Notes under the pieces: model-generated | Databases searched by the model: none | The model's input: only the letters and a program-made list of their open reading frames with translations | Told to the model about the DNA's origin: nothing | From: Halocafeteria seosinensis | Lineage: Eukaryota | Direction of reading: 5' to 3' | NCBI GenBank assembly: GCA_001687465.1 | Contig: LVLI01000177.1 | Coordinates: 1 to 64,000, forward strand | Length of the DNA stretch: 64,000 nt | Position numbers and translations under genes: made by a program | Shown: positions 37,994 to 51,543 of the stretch, one piece after another | How positions within the stretch are numbered: the first letter of the stretch is position 1 | Layout of the letters: every line of letters begins with the position of its first letter

Positions 37994-39166
37994 ATGGGAT
38001 TGCGCTGTATTCTGAGAGGACAGACACGAAATTCATGGTGCATTGGACGAGCGAGGAACATACAACACGGACATGGCACGACACGGAACTGGTCTACGTG
38101 GAATCCGGACGACTTTGAGACCCAATTTCTCAGGAATCGCTTTGGGGAGTTTGCCAAAGAGTTGCACAAAGTACGGGGACTAATTCACCCGTGCTTGATG
38201 TGGCAAAGCAGAGGGGATATTGAGCATGGAAAGAACCATCAGCACCTAGAGAGCGAGGCACCTCTTCAGTCTATTCTCATTGGGCCCGATAGTCCCAAAC
38301 AAGAGGAAGATCTCTTTATGCTGTACTTAACGCGTGCTTTGACTGATTCGGTTTTGACGTCGAGCAAGAATATACGCTCTGAGCCAGGATTGACTGTTAG
38401 CCTGGCTGCTGATGCCGCCAAGTGGAATCGTAGCCTTAGAGAATGGAGGAAGACCAGGTGCCGAAGTCTTCATTCAGACCCTGTAGCCGTTGTTATCACA
38501 AGTGGTAGGAGACAAATTGATTTTACCCAACCGTTTTTCCAGGAATGGTTTGAAAACCCAGAGACAAGCGAGTTTCGTCCGCTTGTAAGTCGCTGGTTTT
38601 GATGTTTGAAGATTGAATTGTCCGCCGTAATTTGGTTCTATCGTGATGTACTGCAGCTTCTAGCTCCCGATTCCATGACTGGAAGTATATCTGCAGAGTA
38701 TCATCTTCAAAGTGGAAATAAGGCACTCGTCACATCTGATGCAGACCACCTGGCTTCCGAGGAAGAGAGGACTCGGAAGCGGTGTTTACGTGAGAGGAGG
38801 TTAGAAATTGTTGGCTCGAAATTGCTGAACTCACCTGACGCTGGCCCAGTCCATGGCTTCAATGCCGCATGTGCATACTTAAAGAAGCAGGGATACCAGA
38901 CAACCAGTATTGAAGCTGGTCTTTCGACTTGTGGGCACTTGTACCGCCCTGGCGGGCGCATGGTCGACTATCTCTTCTTATCGCGATATGGAGGGCCGAG
39001 TCCTTCGCCTTCAGTGGTGGGGAAGACATTCGTTTCTCCAGGTTACCTTTCCAGATGTGGATTTCGAAGCTGTGGTGGCTACAATGCGTTGTCGGTGGAT
39101 GGATCGCTGTGGGCGTTCGATATCCTGCGTCTCGACGAAAAGGCCATGGAAACTTATCAAGTTTGA
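37994..39166 (+). CDS. RibD C-terminal (DHFR-fold reductase)-like protein (2 exons)
   Basis: DLFMLYLTRALTDSVLTSSKNIRSEP, VVITSG, SIEAG and VDYLFLS parallel the RibD_C motifs. Phase-0 intron 38585-38656. Confidence 0.65.
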
Positions 39167-39295
39167 AGAAATGCCGAGTATTGCAGTTTTGTTGACACTC
39201 GGAAAGAACTGCAAATTTGGCCGGCTGTAGTCAGAGCAATTGGCGAGGAGTGGTACAGGCGTTCTTAGAACGCGCATATATACGGATACTAGTTT

Positions 39296-39932
39296 GTGGT
39301 AGTTTCGGATTTCCAGGTTCACAACAAAGCTATAGAGCAACACAGGAGAAATTTAGAGCTTGAGAACACATCAACTGATCAGATTGTGCAATTCTGCTCA
39401 GATGGGCCGGATGAAAATGCAAACAGTTTGAGCGAAAACTGGAAGAAGCTTGACGAGGATACTCAGCAAGCCAGGGAAAAGTCGCAGGTTGGAAGAAAAC
39501 CGATGCTGGAACATGATATGGCATATGATATATTGCGTCTACCGCACTGTTGCTTTTTGCTACGGTTTGCTATTGATCTCAGCAATGTGTTGGGATCAGA
39601 TAAAGAAGGCTGGGATCTGTACCAGTGCAATAGCTTTTGGGCTGTTGAACAGCCCCAAAGCATACATGCTCGCAACGAGAGTGGCCGAAACGATCGGCGG
39701 GATGGCCCTCGGATGGAGTCGTGGAGGGTTCAGGGAAAAGCGGATTCGAAAGAGGAAAGCCAGGATTGTCGAGGCCATTGTACTCACTCTTTCCTTGATT
39801 CCTTTCTTGACTGATTCTGTTGTCAGTTTAGTGACTTACGTCTGGGCGGCCTGGCTGTGGATCGGTGTACTTGTGGCGATCTACTTGCTCATTCTGGGAT
39901 ATTCAAAAGTAACAGGTTTGGAATCGAAATAA
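39296..39932 (+). CDS. Hypothetical small membrane protein (gene structure unresolved)
   Basis: The 39450-39932 frame ends in two strong hydrophobic segments. The overlapping upstream frame looks coding, but I found no clean splice joining them. Confidence 0.3.
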
Positions 39933-40653
39933 CCCTGAGAATGGTGACCTGCTGTGCGCTATATGTGATCACTTATGGTCCTCTACTTTCGCTCATTCTT
40001 GTGTTCCCGGGTCAATAGCGACCCAATGGTACGACAATGTACACTCGTACATTGATGCTATCAGTCATCCGCGCAGCACTCACGGATTTTTGCTGCCCAC
40101 AGAGAGCACAATGGAAGACACCTTTCTCTCTCTCTCGAGTGTTTGTTTTATCTTCAGGTTGAGTACTTGTATGACTGGTACCTGCGAGTCGCGACACTTA
40201 AGATCAGTAATAGAGTCTAGACTGTTACCTGTACACACCATACGGTTCAACTGTTTTTTTTGGTACGGTATTGTCAGCTAAAGCCATTTTGGACCAAATT
40301 TTTGGTTTCCAATTTTTGAGCAAGACGCCAAACATTTCGTTCAGTTGACGAACCACTTTTACATTTTCCAGTTTGTGCAAGCCATGTAGTACGATGGAAT
40401 GTGCCATGGAGACGACGAGATAGAGTCGTTGTTTATATACAAGGCATTACACTCCCGCTACTCGTCTAACTCTGTTATATCTGCACTTGACGTAACAGGG
40501 GAAGGGATCTTTGTCCCTGTGGCTTTTTGTTATTCTTTTTGCCCCTACTGTGTCCCCTGTAGGGTTCCCCTCCGTGGCAAGGGTGCTCAGGCAAGATAAT
40601 CATTTGCTTTTGTCCTCATATACAGAGTTGCACGGCACCTAAGAGACGATACG

Positions 40654-43600
40654 ATGAGCTATAATAATAACCAGAATCCGTATAACTACGGAGGACATGG
40701 AGATGGGGGCGCAAATAGTGCAGCAGGAGCAGGAAACAACCCATACTGGCAGCAGCAGCAGCCTCCTCCCATGCCTCCCAACATGAATATGATGGGACAA
40801 CAGCAACCTCCTGTACCACCACCTCCTCCAGGAATGCAATTTCCTCCAGGACATCCCATGGCAGCGCAACAAGGGTTCCAGGGACAACAAATGCCGCCAC
40901 CGCCTCCGGGACACCCAGGAGGAATGCAGCAGATGCCTCCACAATTCCAACAACAAGCGCCCCCAGGGTATTATCAAGGGGCTCCTGGCGGAGGAGGAGC
41001 AGCTGCTCCTTCGCCTCCGGGGCAGCCTCAAATGCCGCCTGGATATCCTATGCCTCCACAGCAGCAGCAGTATTTCCAGCAACAGCAACCTAAACGCCAG
41101 CCGACAAAGGAAGAAATGTTGGAAGACAAAGCCAAGAAATGGAGGAAACAAAACTCGCAAAGATTTCGCGATAAAAAGTCTTTTGGTTTTGTAGACGTCC
41201 AGAAGGAAGAAATGCCACCGGAACATGTTAGGAAGATAATCCGCGATCACGGAGATATGACCAATAAAAAGTTTCGCCACGACAAACGCGTCTACCTTGG
41301 GGCACTCAAATATGTACCGCATGCTGTGTTGAAGCTATTGGAAAATATGCCAATGCCGTGGGAGCAAACCCGGGATGTTTCCATTTTGTATCATGTGACT
41401 GGTGCAATTACATTTGTGGACGAAATTCCTTGGGTTATTGAGCCTGTGTATTATGCCCAGTGGGGCACCATGTGGATTATGATGCGTCGTGAGAAGCGAG
41501 ACAGGCGGCACTTCAAGAGAATGAGATTTCCTCCTTTTGACGACGAGGAGCCTCCTCTGGACTACCAGGACAATATTCTAGACGTTGAGCCACTGGAGAG
41601 TATAATGATGGATTTAGATGAAGAAGATGACAGCCCCATAATTGATTGGTTCTACGAGAATAAGCCGCTAAAATACAGCAAATATGTAAATGGACCAAGT
41701 TATCGGAAATGGCACTTGCCAGTGGATATTATGGCTAATCTGCATAGACTGGCTAATGTGCTTTTGTCTGATCTGGTCGACAAAAACTACTTCTACTTGT
41801 TCGATATCAAAAGCTTCTACACGGCCAAAGCGCTCAACGTGGCTATTCCAGGGGGACCAAAGTTCGAACCCTTGTTCCGGGACGAGGATGAGCAAGACGA
41901 AGACTGGAATGAATTCAACGACATCAACAAGATCATTATCCGGGCTCCGATTCGGACGGAATACAAAATTGCGTTTCCGTACATGTATAACTCTCGTCCC
42001 CGTGCGGTCCATATCCCATTTTACCACCACGTGAACTCAGCTTACATCAAGAGTGAAGATCCTGATTTGCCAGCCTATTACTTCGACCCCATCGTGAACC
42101 CGATCTCCGCTTTTCGAACAGACACTGCTGCTGCAAATGCAGTGGACTCAATCAATGGGTCAGTAGTAAGCCGGGCTTCGAAAGGTCTTTACTATGATGG
42201 CACCTTAGCCGAGGATGAGGATGAATTCGTTTGCGGTGGTGATGATGATGACTTTACTTTACCAGCGTCGGCTTCTCCAATGCTCAAGAATGCGCCACTT
42301 TACACTGATCATACAGCAGATGGTATTTCATTGTATTTTGCTCCGCGTCCATTTAATATGCGCTCTGGTCATACCAGGAGGGCACAAGATGTACCTCTTG
42401 TCAAGGGCTGGTACCAGGAGCACTGTCCTCCAGGCATGCCTGTGAAGGTACGCGTATCGTACCAGAAGCTTTTGAAGTGCTGGGTGGCTAATGAGCTGCA
42501 TCGCAAACCGCCCAAAGGGGAGAACAAGAAATACCTCTTGAGGGCACTGAAGCAAACTAAATTCTTCCAGAAGACGACACTAGATTGGGTCGAAGCCGGG
42601 CTTCAGGTGTGTCGGCAAGGCTACAACATGCTTAACTTGTTAATCCATCGCAAGAATCTGAATTATCTTCATTTGGATTACAACTTTAACCTGAAGCCGA
42701 CGAAAACACTGACAACGAAGGAGCGTAAAAAGAGTCGGTTCGGAAACGCATTCCACCTGACTAGAGAGATTTTGCGCATGACTAAGTTGATTGTGGATTC
42801 GCATGTCCAATATCGCCTGAACAACGTTGATGCGTATCAATTGGCTGATGGCTTGCAGTATATTTTCGCACATGTTGGGCAATTGACTGGGATGTACAGG
42901 TACAAATACAAGCTGATGAGACAAATTCGAATGTGCAAAGACCTGAAGCATTTGATTTATTATCGGTTCAACACTGGCCCTGTGGGCAAAGGACCAGGCG
43001 TAGGATTCTGGGCTCCTGGTTGGAGAGTATGGCTGTTCTTTCTTCGGGGGACTGTGCCGCTTTTGGAGCGATGGCTAGGCAACCTCCTCGCACGTCAGTT
43101 TGAAGGCAGGCACAATTCAAGTGCTGCGAAGAGCATCACGAAACAGCGAGTAGAGTCCCATTATGATCTTGAGCTGCGAGCGGCTGTAATGCACGACATT
43201 CTGGACATGATGCCAGAAGGGGTGAGAGCGAACAAGAGTCGAACAATCATGCAGCATCTGTCCGAGGCTTGGAGATGCTGGAAAGCTAACATTCCGTGGA
43301 AAGTACCCGGTATGCCTGCACCGATCGAAAACATGATTCTTCGGTACGTAAAAGCGAAAGCCGACTGGTGGACGAATGTTGCACACTACAACCGCGAGCG
43401 GATCCGCCGAGGTGCTACGGTTGACAAGACGGTATGCAAGAAGAACTTAGGCCGCTTGACGAGATTGTGGCTGAAAGCAGAACAAGAGCGCCAGCACAAC
43501 TACTTGAAGGACGGACCGTACGTCACAGCGGAAGAAGCTGTGGCCATTTACACTACCGTTGTACATTGGCTTGAGAGTCGGAAGTTTTCTCCTATTCCGT

Positions 43601-46600
43601 TTCCTCCACTGTCCTATAAGCATGATACGAAATTGCTTATCCTGTGTCTGGAGCGACTTAAGGAGGGATACGTGTCGAAGACTATGCTGAATAGCGGTGA
43701 AAGGGAGGAACTTGGTTTAATTGAGCAGGCGTACGATAACCCACATGAGACTCTCTCCCGGATTAAACGTCACCTGCTCACTCAGCGCACTTTTAAAGAA
43801 GTCGGGATTGAGTTCATGGACATGTATAGCTACTTGCTGCCGGTATACACTATTAACCCGCTGGAGAAAATCACTGATGCCTACCTTGACCAGTACCTGT
43901 GGTACGAAGCGGACAAGCGACATCTCTTTCCGAACTGGGTGCAACCATCGGACAACGACCCACCTCCCGTTTTGGTATACAAATGGTGCCAGGGAGTAAA
44001 CAACTTGACAGATATATGGGATACCTCGGAAGGTCAATGCGATGTCCTTATGGAGTCTAAGCTGGAAAAAGTTTACGAGAAAATTGATCTCACCTTGTTG
44101 AATCGGCTTTTGCGTTTGATTGTGGACCACAATATCGCAGACTACATGTCTGGGAAGAACAACGTTGTACTATCCTACAAAGACATGATGCATACGAACT
44201 CGTATGGCCTTATCCGTGGTCTCCAGTTCGCATCATTTGTGTTCCAGTATTATGGGCTAGTCTTAGATCTCCTCATCCTTGGACTCACCCGGGCGTCGGA
44301 GATTGCTGGCCCCCCAGAAGTACCCAACCCGTTCTTGACATATCCAGATCCGGAAACGGAGTGTAAGCATCCGATTCGTCTGTACATGCGGTATGTCGAC
44401 AAGATCTATCTTCTTCTACGGTTTGATGCGGATGAATCGAGAGATCTGATTCAGCGATATTTGACTGAACACCCCGATCCCAACAATGAAAATATCGTTG
44501 GCTATAACAACAAAAAGTGCTGGCCTCGAGATGCGCGCATGCGCTTGATGAAGCATGATGTCAATCTGGGTAGAGCTGTCTTTTGGGACATCAAGAATCG
44601 TCTACCCCGCAGTCTAACGACGCTTGAGTGGGATCACAGCTTTGTGAGCGTTTACTCAAAGGATAATCCGAATCTTCTGTTTGACATTTGCGGATTCGAA
44701 GTGCGAATCTTGCCGAAATGCCGGCTGCAACCCGGTGAAGAATTCACCCAGCGTGACGGAGTTTGGAGTCTGCAAAATGAAGTAACGAAAGAACGCACCG
44801 CTCAAGCGTTCTTGCGTGTAGCTGATGAAAGTATCAAGAATTTCGAGAACCGCATCCGCCAAGTTCTTATGAGTTCTGGTGCGACTACGTTCACCAAAAT
44901 CTCGAACAAATGGAATACGGCAATCATTAGTCTTATGGTATATTTCCGGGAAGCAGTCATCAATACGCAAGAAATGCTTGACCTCTTGGTAAAGTGCGAA
45001 AACAAAATTCAGACCCGGATTAAGATCGGTTTAAATTCAAAGATGCCTTCACGGTTTCCCCCGGTTGTCTTCTACACTCCAAAGGAGCTTGGTGGTCTTG
45101 GTATGATGTCGATGGGTCACGTCCTCATTCCTCAGTCCGATCTGAGATACAGCAAGCAGACGGACTCTGGAATAACGCATTTCCGAAGCGGGATGACGCA
45201 TGAAGAGGATCAACTCATCCCCAATCTGTACCGGTATATACAACCTTGGGAGAGTGAGATTATAGATTCAGAACGTGTATGGGCTGAGTATGCAGTCAAG
45301 AGACAGGAAGCAAATGCCCAAAATCGACGTCTCACTTTGGAGGATCTTGAAGACTCTTGGGACCGTGGGATCCCGAGAATCAATACGCTTTTCCAAAAAG
45401 ACCGACATACATTGGCGTATGACAAAGGGTGGCGTGTTAGGACTGATTTTAAGAAGTACCAAGTAACTAGGTACAACCCGTTCTGGTGGACGCACCAGCG
45501 ACATGACGGCAAACTATGGAACCTAAATAACTACCGCACTGATGTAATCCAAGCACTTGGGGGAGTAGAAGGTATCCTTGAGCATACTCTATTTAAGGGT
45601 ACTTACTTCCCCACATGGGAAGGTTTGTTTTGGGAGAAAGCGTCTGGCTTCGAAGAAGCTATGCAGTTTAAGAAGATCACCAATGCGCAGCGACTGGGTT
45701 TGAATCAAATCCCCAATCGCCGATTTACACTCTGGTGGAGTCCCACTATCAATCGTGCGAACGTCTACGTCGGCTTCCAAGTTCAGCTTGACCTCACTGG
45801 CATCTTCATGCATGGGAAGATTCCCACACTGAAGATATCCCTGATCCAAATATTCCGTGCGCATCTGTGGCAGAAAATCCACGAGAATGTGGTTATGGAC
45901 TTGTGCCAAGTGTTTGACCAGGAGCTGGACTCGTTGGAAATCGAAAACGTGCAGAAGGAGACGATCCATCCGAGAAAGAGTTATAAGATGAACTCTTCCT
46001 GTGCCGACATTCTCCTATTTGCTGCCTATAAGTGGGAGGTATCGCAGCCATCTCTCCTACATGATACTAATGATCAATTTGATGGCACTAATACAACCAA
46101 GTACTGGGTAGATGTGCAGCTCAGATGGGGAGACTTTGACTCACATGATATTGAGCGTTATTGCCGAGCGAAATTCTTGGATTATACTACAGATAATATG
46201 TCCATATATCCTTCACCAACAGGCGTGCTCATGGGTATCGATCTTGCGTACAATTTGTATTCAGGTTTTGGAAATTGGTTCCCGGGCTCCAAGCCTTTGA
46301 TGCAACAAGCCATGGCTAAAATTATGAAAGCGAATCCAGCTCTTTATGTGCTACGTGAGCGTATCCGTAAGGGCTTGCAGCTATACAGCTCTGAGCCCAC
46401 CGAACCGTATTTATCCAGCCAAAACTATGGAGAGTTATTCAGTGACCAGATCATCTGGTTTGTAGACGACACAAATGTTTATCGAGTCACCATCCACAAG
46501 ACTTTTGAGGGGAACTTGACAACGAAGCCTATTAACGGGGCTGTCTTTATCTTTAATCCAAGATCTGGAGATCTGTTCTTGAAGATTATTCATACTTCCG

Positions 46601-48135
46601 TGTGGGCTGGGCAGAAGCGTTTGTCCTCGTTGGCAAAGTGGAAGACCGCGGAGGAAGTGACTCAGCTGATCCGCTCTCTTCCCCTTCAGGAGCAGCCAAA
46701 ACAGCTTATCGTAACAAGGAAAGGAATGTTAGATCCGCTTGAAGTGCACCTGTTGGACTTCCCGAATATTGTCATCAAGGGCTCGGAGTTGAACTTGCCT
46801 TTCCAGGCTTGCATGAAGATTGAAAAGATTGGTGACTTAATTGTTAAGGCAACCGAACCACAGATGGTCTTATTCAAGCTTTACGATGATTGGCTGAAGA
46901 GTATTTCTTCCTACACTGCGTTCTCTCGTTTGATTCTCATCCTTCGTGCACTGCATGTTGATGTCGACCGTGCGAAGATGATACTTAAGCCGGACAAGAA
47001 CACAATTACTCAACCGCATCACATTTGGCCCTCCCTAACTGACGTGGAATGGGAGAAGGTTGAAGTAGAATTGAAAGATCTCATTCTTGCTGACTATGGA
47101 AAGAAGAATAACGTGAATGTAGCGTCTCTTACTCAATCCGAAATCCGAGATATCATTTTAGGAGCGGATATTGCTCCACCAAGCCAACAAAGACAGCAAA
47201 TAGCAGAAATTGAGAAACAAGCGAGAGAGCAAACGCAGATGACGGAAGTCACTTCTAAGAGCACAAACGTCCACGGTGACGAGATGATTGTTACCACGTC
47301 CTCGAATTACGAGCAGCAAGCATTTAGCAGTAAGACCGATTGGAGGGTCAGGGCGATTAGCGCCACGAATCTGCATCTCCGGACTCAGCATTTGTATGTC
47401 AACAGCGATGATCTCCGGGAAGAAGGATACACTTATGTACTACCAAAGAATTTGCTGAAAAAATTCATCACTTGTAGTGATCTTCGAACTCAGGTTGCCG
47501 GGTTTCTGTATGGTGTCTCGCCACCAGATAACGAGCAGGTGAAGGAAATTAGATGCATTGTCTTGCCTCCTCAGACCAGTAACCACCAAAGTGTGACGTT
47601 GCCAAACAAGACTCCTACACATGAACAACTGCAACACCTGGAACCATTGGGATGGATCCACACTCAGCCTAATGAGCTTCCTCATTTGGCACCTGTCGAT
47701 GTGAAGAGCCACACCAAGTTGATGGATGAGAATGCTTCCTGGGATGCCGAGAAGAGTGTCGTCTTGACATGCAGTTTCACACCTGGATCTTGTAGCTTGG
47801 CTGCGTACCGTGTTACGACGGAAGGCTATGAATGGGCAAAAAACAACAAGGATACGTCTGCAAATCCTAGTGGCTTTAAGCCGTCTCACTATGAAAAAGT
47901 TCAAATGTTGCTCAGCGATCGGTTCCTTGGGTTCTTTATGGTACCGAGCCAAGGAAGTTGGAACTACAATTTCATGGGAGTCAAACATAAACCCAATATG
48001 GACTACAACGTACGCCTGGGTGTACCACTTCCGTTCTACCACGAGCTTCATCGCCCTGCTCATTTCTTGAATTTTGCTGGCATGGAGGGTGAACCGTCTG
48101 GCGTGGAAGAGGAGGTTGAGAATCCGTTTAACTAG
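40654..48135 (+). CDS. PRP8: Pre-mRNA splicing factor PRP8 (single exon, 2493 aa)
   Basis: Highly conserved PRP8 sequence throughout, e.g. [26 protein letters not shown] region, RNaseH-like [17 protein letters not shown] and Jab1/MPN GWIHTQ. Confidence 0.99.
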   Translation: MSYNNNQNPYNYGGHGDGGANSAAGAGNNPYWQQQQPPPMPPNMNMMGQQQPPVPPPPPGMQFPPGHPMAAQQGFQGQQMPPPPPGHPGGMQQMPPQFQQQAPPGYYQGAPGGGGAAAPSPPGQPQMPPGYPMPPQQQQYFQQQQPKRQPTKEEMLEDKAKKWRKQNSQRFRDKKSFGFVDVQKEEMPPEHVRKIIRDHGDMTNKKFRHDKRVYLGALKYVPHAVLKLLENMPMPWEQTRDVSILYHVTGAITFVDEIPWVIEPVYYAQWGTMWIMMRREKRDRRHFKRMRFPPFDDEEPPLDYQDNILDVEPLESIMMDLDEEDDSPIIDWFYENKPLKYSKYVNGPSYRKWHLPVDIMANLHRLANVLLSDLVDKNYFYLFDIKSFYTAKALNVAIPGGPKFEPLFRDEDEQDEDWNEFNDINKIIIRAPIRTEYKIAFPYMYNSRPRAVHIPFYHHVNSAYIKSEDPDLPAYYFDPIVNPISAFRTDTAAANAVDSINGSVVSRASKGLYYDGTLAEDEDEFVCGGDDDDFTLPASASPMLKNAPLYTDHTADGISLYFAPRPFNMRSGHTRRAQDVPLVKGWYQEHCPPGMPVKVRVSYQKLLKCWVANELHRKPPKGENKKYLLRALKQTKFFQKTTLDWVEAGLQVCRQGYNMLNLLIHRKNLNYLHLDYNFNLKPTKTLTTKERKKSRFGNAFHLTREILRMTKLIVDSHVQYRLNNVDAYQLADGLQYIFAHVGQLTGMYRYKYKLMRQIRMCKDLKHLIYYRFNTGPVGKGPGVGFWAPGWRVWLFFLRGTVPLLERWLGNLLARQFEGRHNSSAAKSITKQRVESHYDLELRAAVMHDILDMMPEGVRANKSRTIMQHLSEAWRCWKANIPWKVPGMPAPIENMILRYVKAKADWWTNVAHYNRERIRRGATVDKTVCKKNLGRLTRLWLKAEQERQHNYLKDGPYVTAEEAVAIYTTVVHWLESRKFSPIPFPPLSYKHDTKLLILCLERLKEGYVSKTMLNSGEREELGLIEQAYDNPHETLSRIKRHLLTQRTFKEVGIEFMDMYSYLLPVYTINPLEKITDAYLDQYLWYEADKRHLFPNWVQPSDNDPPPVLVYKWCQGVNNLTDIWDTSEGQCDVLMESKLEKVYEKIDLTLLNRLLRLIVDHNIADYMSGKNNVVLSYKDMMHTNSYGLIRGLQFASFVFQYYGLVLDLLILGLTRASEIAGPPEVPNPFLTYPDPETECKHPIRLYMRYVDKIYLLLRFDADESRDLIQRYLTEHPDPNNENIVGYNNKKCWPRDARMRLMKHDVNLGRAVFWDIKNRLPRSLTTLEWDHSFVSVYSKDNPNLLFDICGFEVRILPKCRLQPGEEFTQRDGVWSLQNEVTKERTAQAFLRVADESIKNFENRIRQVLMSSGATTFTKISNKWNTAIISLMVYFREAVINTQEMLDLLVKCENKIQTRIKIGLNSKMPSRFPPVVFYTPKELGGLGMMSMGHVLIPQSDLRYSKQTDSGITHFRSGMTHEEDQLIPNLYRYIQPWESEIIDSERVWAEYAVKRQEANAQNRRLTLEDLEDSWDRGIPRINTLFQKDRHTLAYDKGWRVRTDFKKYQVTRYNPFWWTHQRHDGKLWNLNNYRTDVIQALGGVEGILEHTLFKGTYFPTWEGLFWEKASGFEEAMQFKKITNAQRLGLNQIPNRRFTLWWSPTINRANVYVGFQVQLDLTGIFMHGKIPTLKISLIQIFRAHLWQKIHENVVMDLCQVFDQELDSLEIENVQKETIHPRKSYKMNSSCADILLFAAYKWEVSQPSLLHDTNDQFDGTNTTKYWVDVQLRWGDFDSHDIERYCRAKFLDYTTDNMSIYPSPTGVLMGIDLAYNLYSGFGNWFPGSKPLMQQAMAKIMKANPALYVLRERIRKGLQLYSSEPTEPYLSSQNYGELFSDQIIWFVDDTNVYRVTIHKTFEGNLTTKPINGAVFIFNPRSGDLFLKIIHTSVWAGQKRLSSLAKWKTAEEVTQLIRSLPLQEQPKQLIVTRKGMLDPLEVHLLDFPNIVIKGSELNLPFQACMKIEKIGDLIVKATEPQMVLFKLYDDWLKSISSYTAFSRLILILRALHVDVDRAKMILKPDKNTITQPHHIWPSLTDVEWEKVEVELKDLILADYGKKNNVNVASLTQSEIRDIILGADIAPPSQQRQQIAEIEKQAREQTQMTEVTSKSTNVHGDEMIVTTSSNYEQQAFSSKTDWRVRAISATNLHLRTQHLYVNSDDLREEGYTYVLPKNLLKKFITCSDLRTQVAGFLYGVSPPDNEQVKEIRCIVLPPQTSNHQSVTLPNKTPTHEQLQHLEPLGWIHTQPNELPHLAPVDVKSHTKLMDENASWDAEKSVVLTCSFTPGSCSLAAYRVTTEGYEWAKNNKDTSANPSGFKPSHYEKVQMLLSDRFLGFFMVPSQGSWNYNFMGVKHKPNMDYNVRLGVPLPFYHELHRPAHFLNFAGMEGEPSGVEEEVENPFN

Positions 48136-48313
48136 TTTGCACCTTCTGCATTTCTAGTACAACGTTGTACGAGTGTTGTAAATATGAAGGGAAAAGAGAA
48201 CCGCAAAACCAAATATACTGTTTACGATACACCGTTAATGATTACCGTAGCTGTTGCGTTCGCACATTTATTTTGTACGTGCTATGACATTAACTTAGAG
48301 AGAACATTAATTA

Positions 48314-49555
48314 CTACTCTGCTGTGATTTCAGCACTTTCGTTATGCGTTCTCCGGCGTGTTTCCTGTTGTTGATTGTCCTCTTCGGTATCTTGCTCAAG
48401 CTTTTCTTGGGCAGGTTCGGTAAACTTTTCTTCTTCGAGAACCTTGTCGATAAATCGCTGAATAGCCTCGAAGTAAGGCTCACCGCCTTTCATGTAGCAA
48501 TCGTTGTGACCGCCGTTGGGAACCGTGTATAGGTCTTTATCTGCAGCATTCGCATGCATTTATCCATGAAAGCAGGATGGCAAAACATAGAGAGAAGGAC
48601 TATTTACTTACACCTTGAGTTGACTGCATTCACAAAGAGCTTTTGAGTGTGCTGTGGGGGAATTAGTTCATCGGCCTCACCCGAAATGAAAAGCACAGGA
48701 CATGTCACATTCCTTATGCGATCAATGTTCGGGAAGAAGAGCCTTTGTAAGAAGTATTTGAACCGATTCAAGAAGGGAAATATCTGCCAAGGACACCGTG
48801 TACACACATTGCATCTGCTTTCTCAAAGAGAGTTTTCCATGGTCGCTTACCTTATCTACCATATCGCTGATACTCGTAAAGGTATTCTCCACAATAATGC
48901 CTCGAATGAAAGGCTGATACTTGGGTGTGGATGCTAATTCTATCGCGACACATCCTCCCAAGGAGCGTCCGAAGATGAACACTTTACTGGTATCAATGTC
49001 TTTGCGTTTCAAAATCGTCTCCAACGCGGCTTGTCCATCCAGTGTCAATCCTTGCTCAGACGGCTCTCCCGTGCTCTCTCCGTATCCGCGATAGTCCACG
49101 AGGACTACATTGACACCCACACTAAAGCACAATTTGAGAGCATTCGGGAGCCGGAACCCAATGTGTCCAGCGTTCCCATGGAAGAAGATGACTGTCGGAG
49201 CGCTCTCTCGTTTGCGTGAGGACGAGGAGGACGACGAGGATGATGCCGGTATGAGCCAAGCGTGGAGAATCTGCCCATCTTGTGTCTCCATCTTGACGGT
49301 CTCGTATTGGACATGACGGTCTCCGGGAGACCTGAATCCCTGTGGTGCTTCCTCCAAGCGTCGTCCCAGCCCTTGCGCAGCGGGGTGGAAGAGCATCGCC
49401 TCCTGCCGGAAATAGATGGTCATGGCAAACACGCCCAGCATACAGGCGCCGAAAAAGATGCCCCGTTTGGCAAAGTCCCACAGCATACTGCCCCCCATCA
49501 TGGCCAAGGACACCAAGCTGCTGGAGCTGGAGCTGGCGGTGTCGCTGGAATGCAT
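48314..49555 (-). CDS. ABHD13: ABHD13/Bem46-type alpha/beta hydrolase (3 exons)
   Basis: Motifs FFHGNAGHIGFR, DYRGYGES, nucleophile elbow GRSLGG, ENTFTSI, FISGEADELIP (Asp) and GGHND (His). N-terminal TM segment. Confidence 0.9.
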
Positions 49556-50130
49556 CAACCTCTCGAGTGACCTTATCTTACAAGATGCGCTACCTCCTAA
49601 CACATACTGTACTGTACCAATGAAATGAAACGGATATACAACTCCTACCATGATTCATGCCAGGGAATGCTTTGCGGCGCTGGCTGTGGCAAGCTAAAGG
49701 GTGCACATTTAATGTTAAGACGAAAACTAGATCTAAAGCATATAGGTGGCTTTTGTTTCTTGCGGCGCAAGGTTTGTTTGCTGTGTCTTGTGTGCCCGAA
49801 GGAAGCGTAAAGAGAAACATACATGTACTCTTCTCTGGTTTAGTGTTTAGTGTTTCGTTTTCATATAATTTTTTATCGATGCCAAACTTTTAACAATAGT
49901 TTCATCGAAAAGGAAAGCAAAGCCTTGTCCAATCAATGCGTTTCTTCTTGACTGCACCTGGTACGATGGGAACAAAGAAAAAGAAGCTGACTGGGAAAAT
50001 TCATGACGATGGATACGACCTCCTCCCCCCTTCCCAATTGCCTTCGGGAGTATGGAAACATGTGGGAGTATTTACTCAATATAGCCACCAACAGCGAAAC
50101 AGTGGTGATGTATTCACACGAAGAAAGGAT

Positions 50131-51543
50131 ATGATGTTTCTTGGCTCCTTCGCCCTCTTTGCTTGTTTGCTTTCTGCGGCTGGAAATGAAGCAGCTGACT
50201 CCGACATTGGCGACAGTGTGCGTAATGGACCTACAAACAACTCTTGTTTGCATTATAATGGAAACACTTGTACATTTTCCATGTTATGCTCATTCAATTG
50301 GACGGACTACTACAATGAGAACGACTATATCTTACTGGAGAAGGGCGAACTCTTCGATGGAAAGGGCTATCAAGTTTCTCTGAATGGCATAATAAACTGG
50401 AAAGGCATGTTTAAAATCGACGCATCAGTGTTGTCGTTGACTGATGGTGCCCCAAGGGTTATGCGCTTACATATGCGTAATGGAAAGACAAGTGTCGACG
50501 GAGGATTTGTTATGTATCCTTATCAAAGACACTTTATTGTAGACTCATGCAGCTCATCTGGAATGATTTATGGAGACTGTTCTGATGACTGTGTTGGCGG
50601 GGGTGGTATCTGTGGTCAGGAATGCTCTGGTGAGATATTGATCATGAATAGTTACTCTACTGGGGTGATCGGAAGGGACGCTGGGGGTATAACAGGACGA
50701 AGCGTAGGAATTAATAGAGGGAGTGTTAATGTAACTAACTGTCATTCTACAGGTGAAATGTCCGGCTGGAGTAGTGGCGGAATATGCGGCACTTATGCTG
50801 GTGCAGACAAGGGCCATGTCAAAATTACTCAATCGTATTCCACAGGCACCATTGCGGGGGGTGGAAGTGGGGGAATGTGTGGTTTTGGTGCTGGTTTTGA
50901 CAGTGGCCATATAGAGGTCTCTCAATGTTATAGCGTAGGCGAAATAAGCGGCCAGTATAGTGGAGGTATAACAGGGAGCTTTTCAGGGCGTAATGGGGGA
51001 TATGTTTCTATTATTAATTCATACTCACACGGTAATATAACGGGAAGCAGTAACGCAGGAGGGATTTGTGGATTTAATTCTGGAACTGGTGGTGGCACTG
51101 TAATTATAAACAATGTATATGCTAGTGGAAATATAGTGCATGACAGTGCAGGTGGTATTATTGGACATACCACTTCAAATACAAACAGGGCAGCGATAAA
51201 TAATTCTGTTTATAATGGACAGGAGGGAGGTTCTATCATAGGCAGTGATGCCTTTGGCGACGTAACTGACGAAGGCAATTCAGACGATTTGACAGATATC
51301 ACAGGGAAAGTATACTGTAATGACAAGAAGGAATGCTGGGATAATAAGACTGCTTGGAAAGCTGTTCCTGATAGTCTCCCTGTTTTACGATTTCAGTTGT
51401 TGTCATTTGCATCCCCATCTCAAGCAAGAGGCAGACCCGGCTCGAAACAACTTCCAGTGCAGTGCCCTCCAAGAACGATCATTTTTCCGGAAGAGAAAAA
51501 AGCAAAACAAAGCATTAATGGAAGGATAAATGGATACTTATGA
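50131..51543 (+). CDS. Secreted Gly-rich GLUG-like beta-solenoid repeat protein (ORF open from 49936)
   Basis: Signal-like MMFLGSFALFACLLSA, then about 7 repeats of (C/S)YS-x-G-x-I-x(3-4)-GGI-x-G. No TM anchor. Intronless. Confidence 0.7.
   Translation: MMFLGSFALFACLLSAAGNEAADSDIGDSVRNGPTNNSCLHYNGNTCTFSMLCSFNWTDYYNENDYILLEKGELFDGKGYQVSLNGIINWKGMFKIDASVLSLTDGAPRVMRLHMRNGKTSVDGGFVMYPYQRHFIVDSCSSSGMIYGDCSDDCVGGGGICGQECSGEILIMNSYSTGVIGRDAGGITGRSVGINRGSVNVTNCHSTGEMSGWSSGGICGTYAGADKGHVKITQSYSTGTIAGGGSGGMCGFGAGFDSGHIEVSQCYSVGEISGQYSGGITGSFSGRNGGYVSIINSYSHGNITGSSNAGGICGFNSGTGGGTVIINNVYASGNIVHDSAGGIIGHTTSNTNRAAINNSVYNGQEGGSIIGSDAFGDVTDEGNSDDLTDITGKVYCNDKKECWDNKTAWKAVPDSLPVLRFQLLSFASPSQARGRPGSKQLPVQCPPRTIIFPEEKKAKQSINGRINGYL

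Noticed and set aside
40654..48135. PRP8 intein
   Set aside because: The conserved regions where PRP8 inteins insert appear continuous. I see no C...HN splicing motifs or LAGLIDADG blocks, and the extra length is explained by the N-terminal low-complexity tail.
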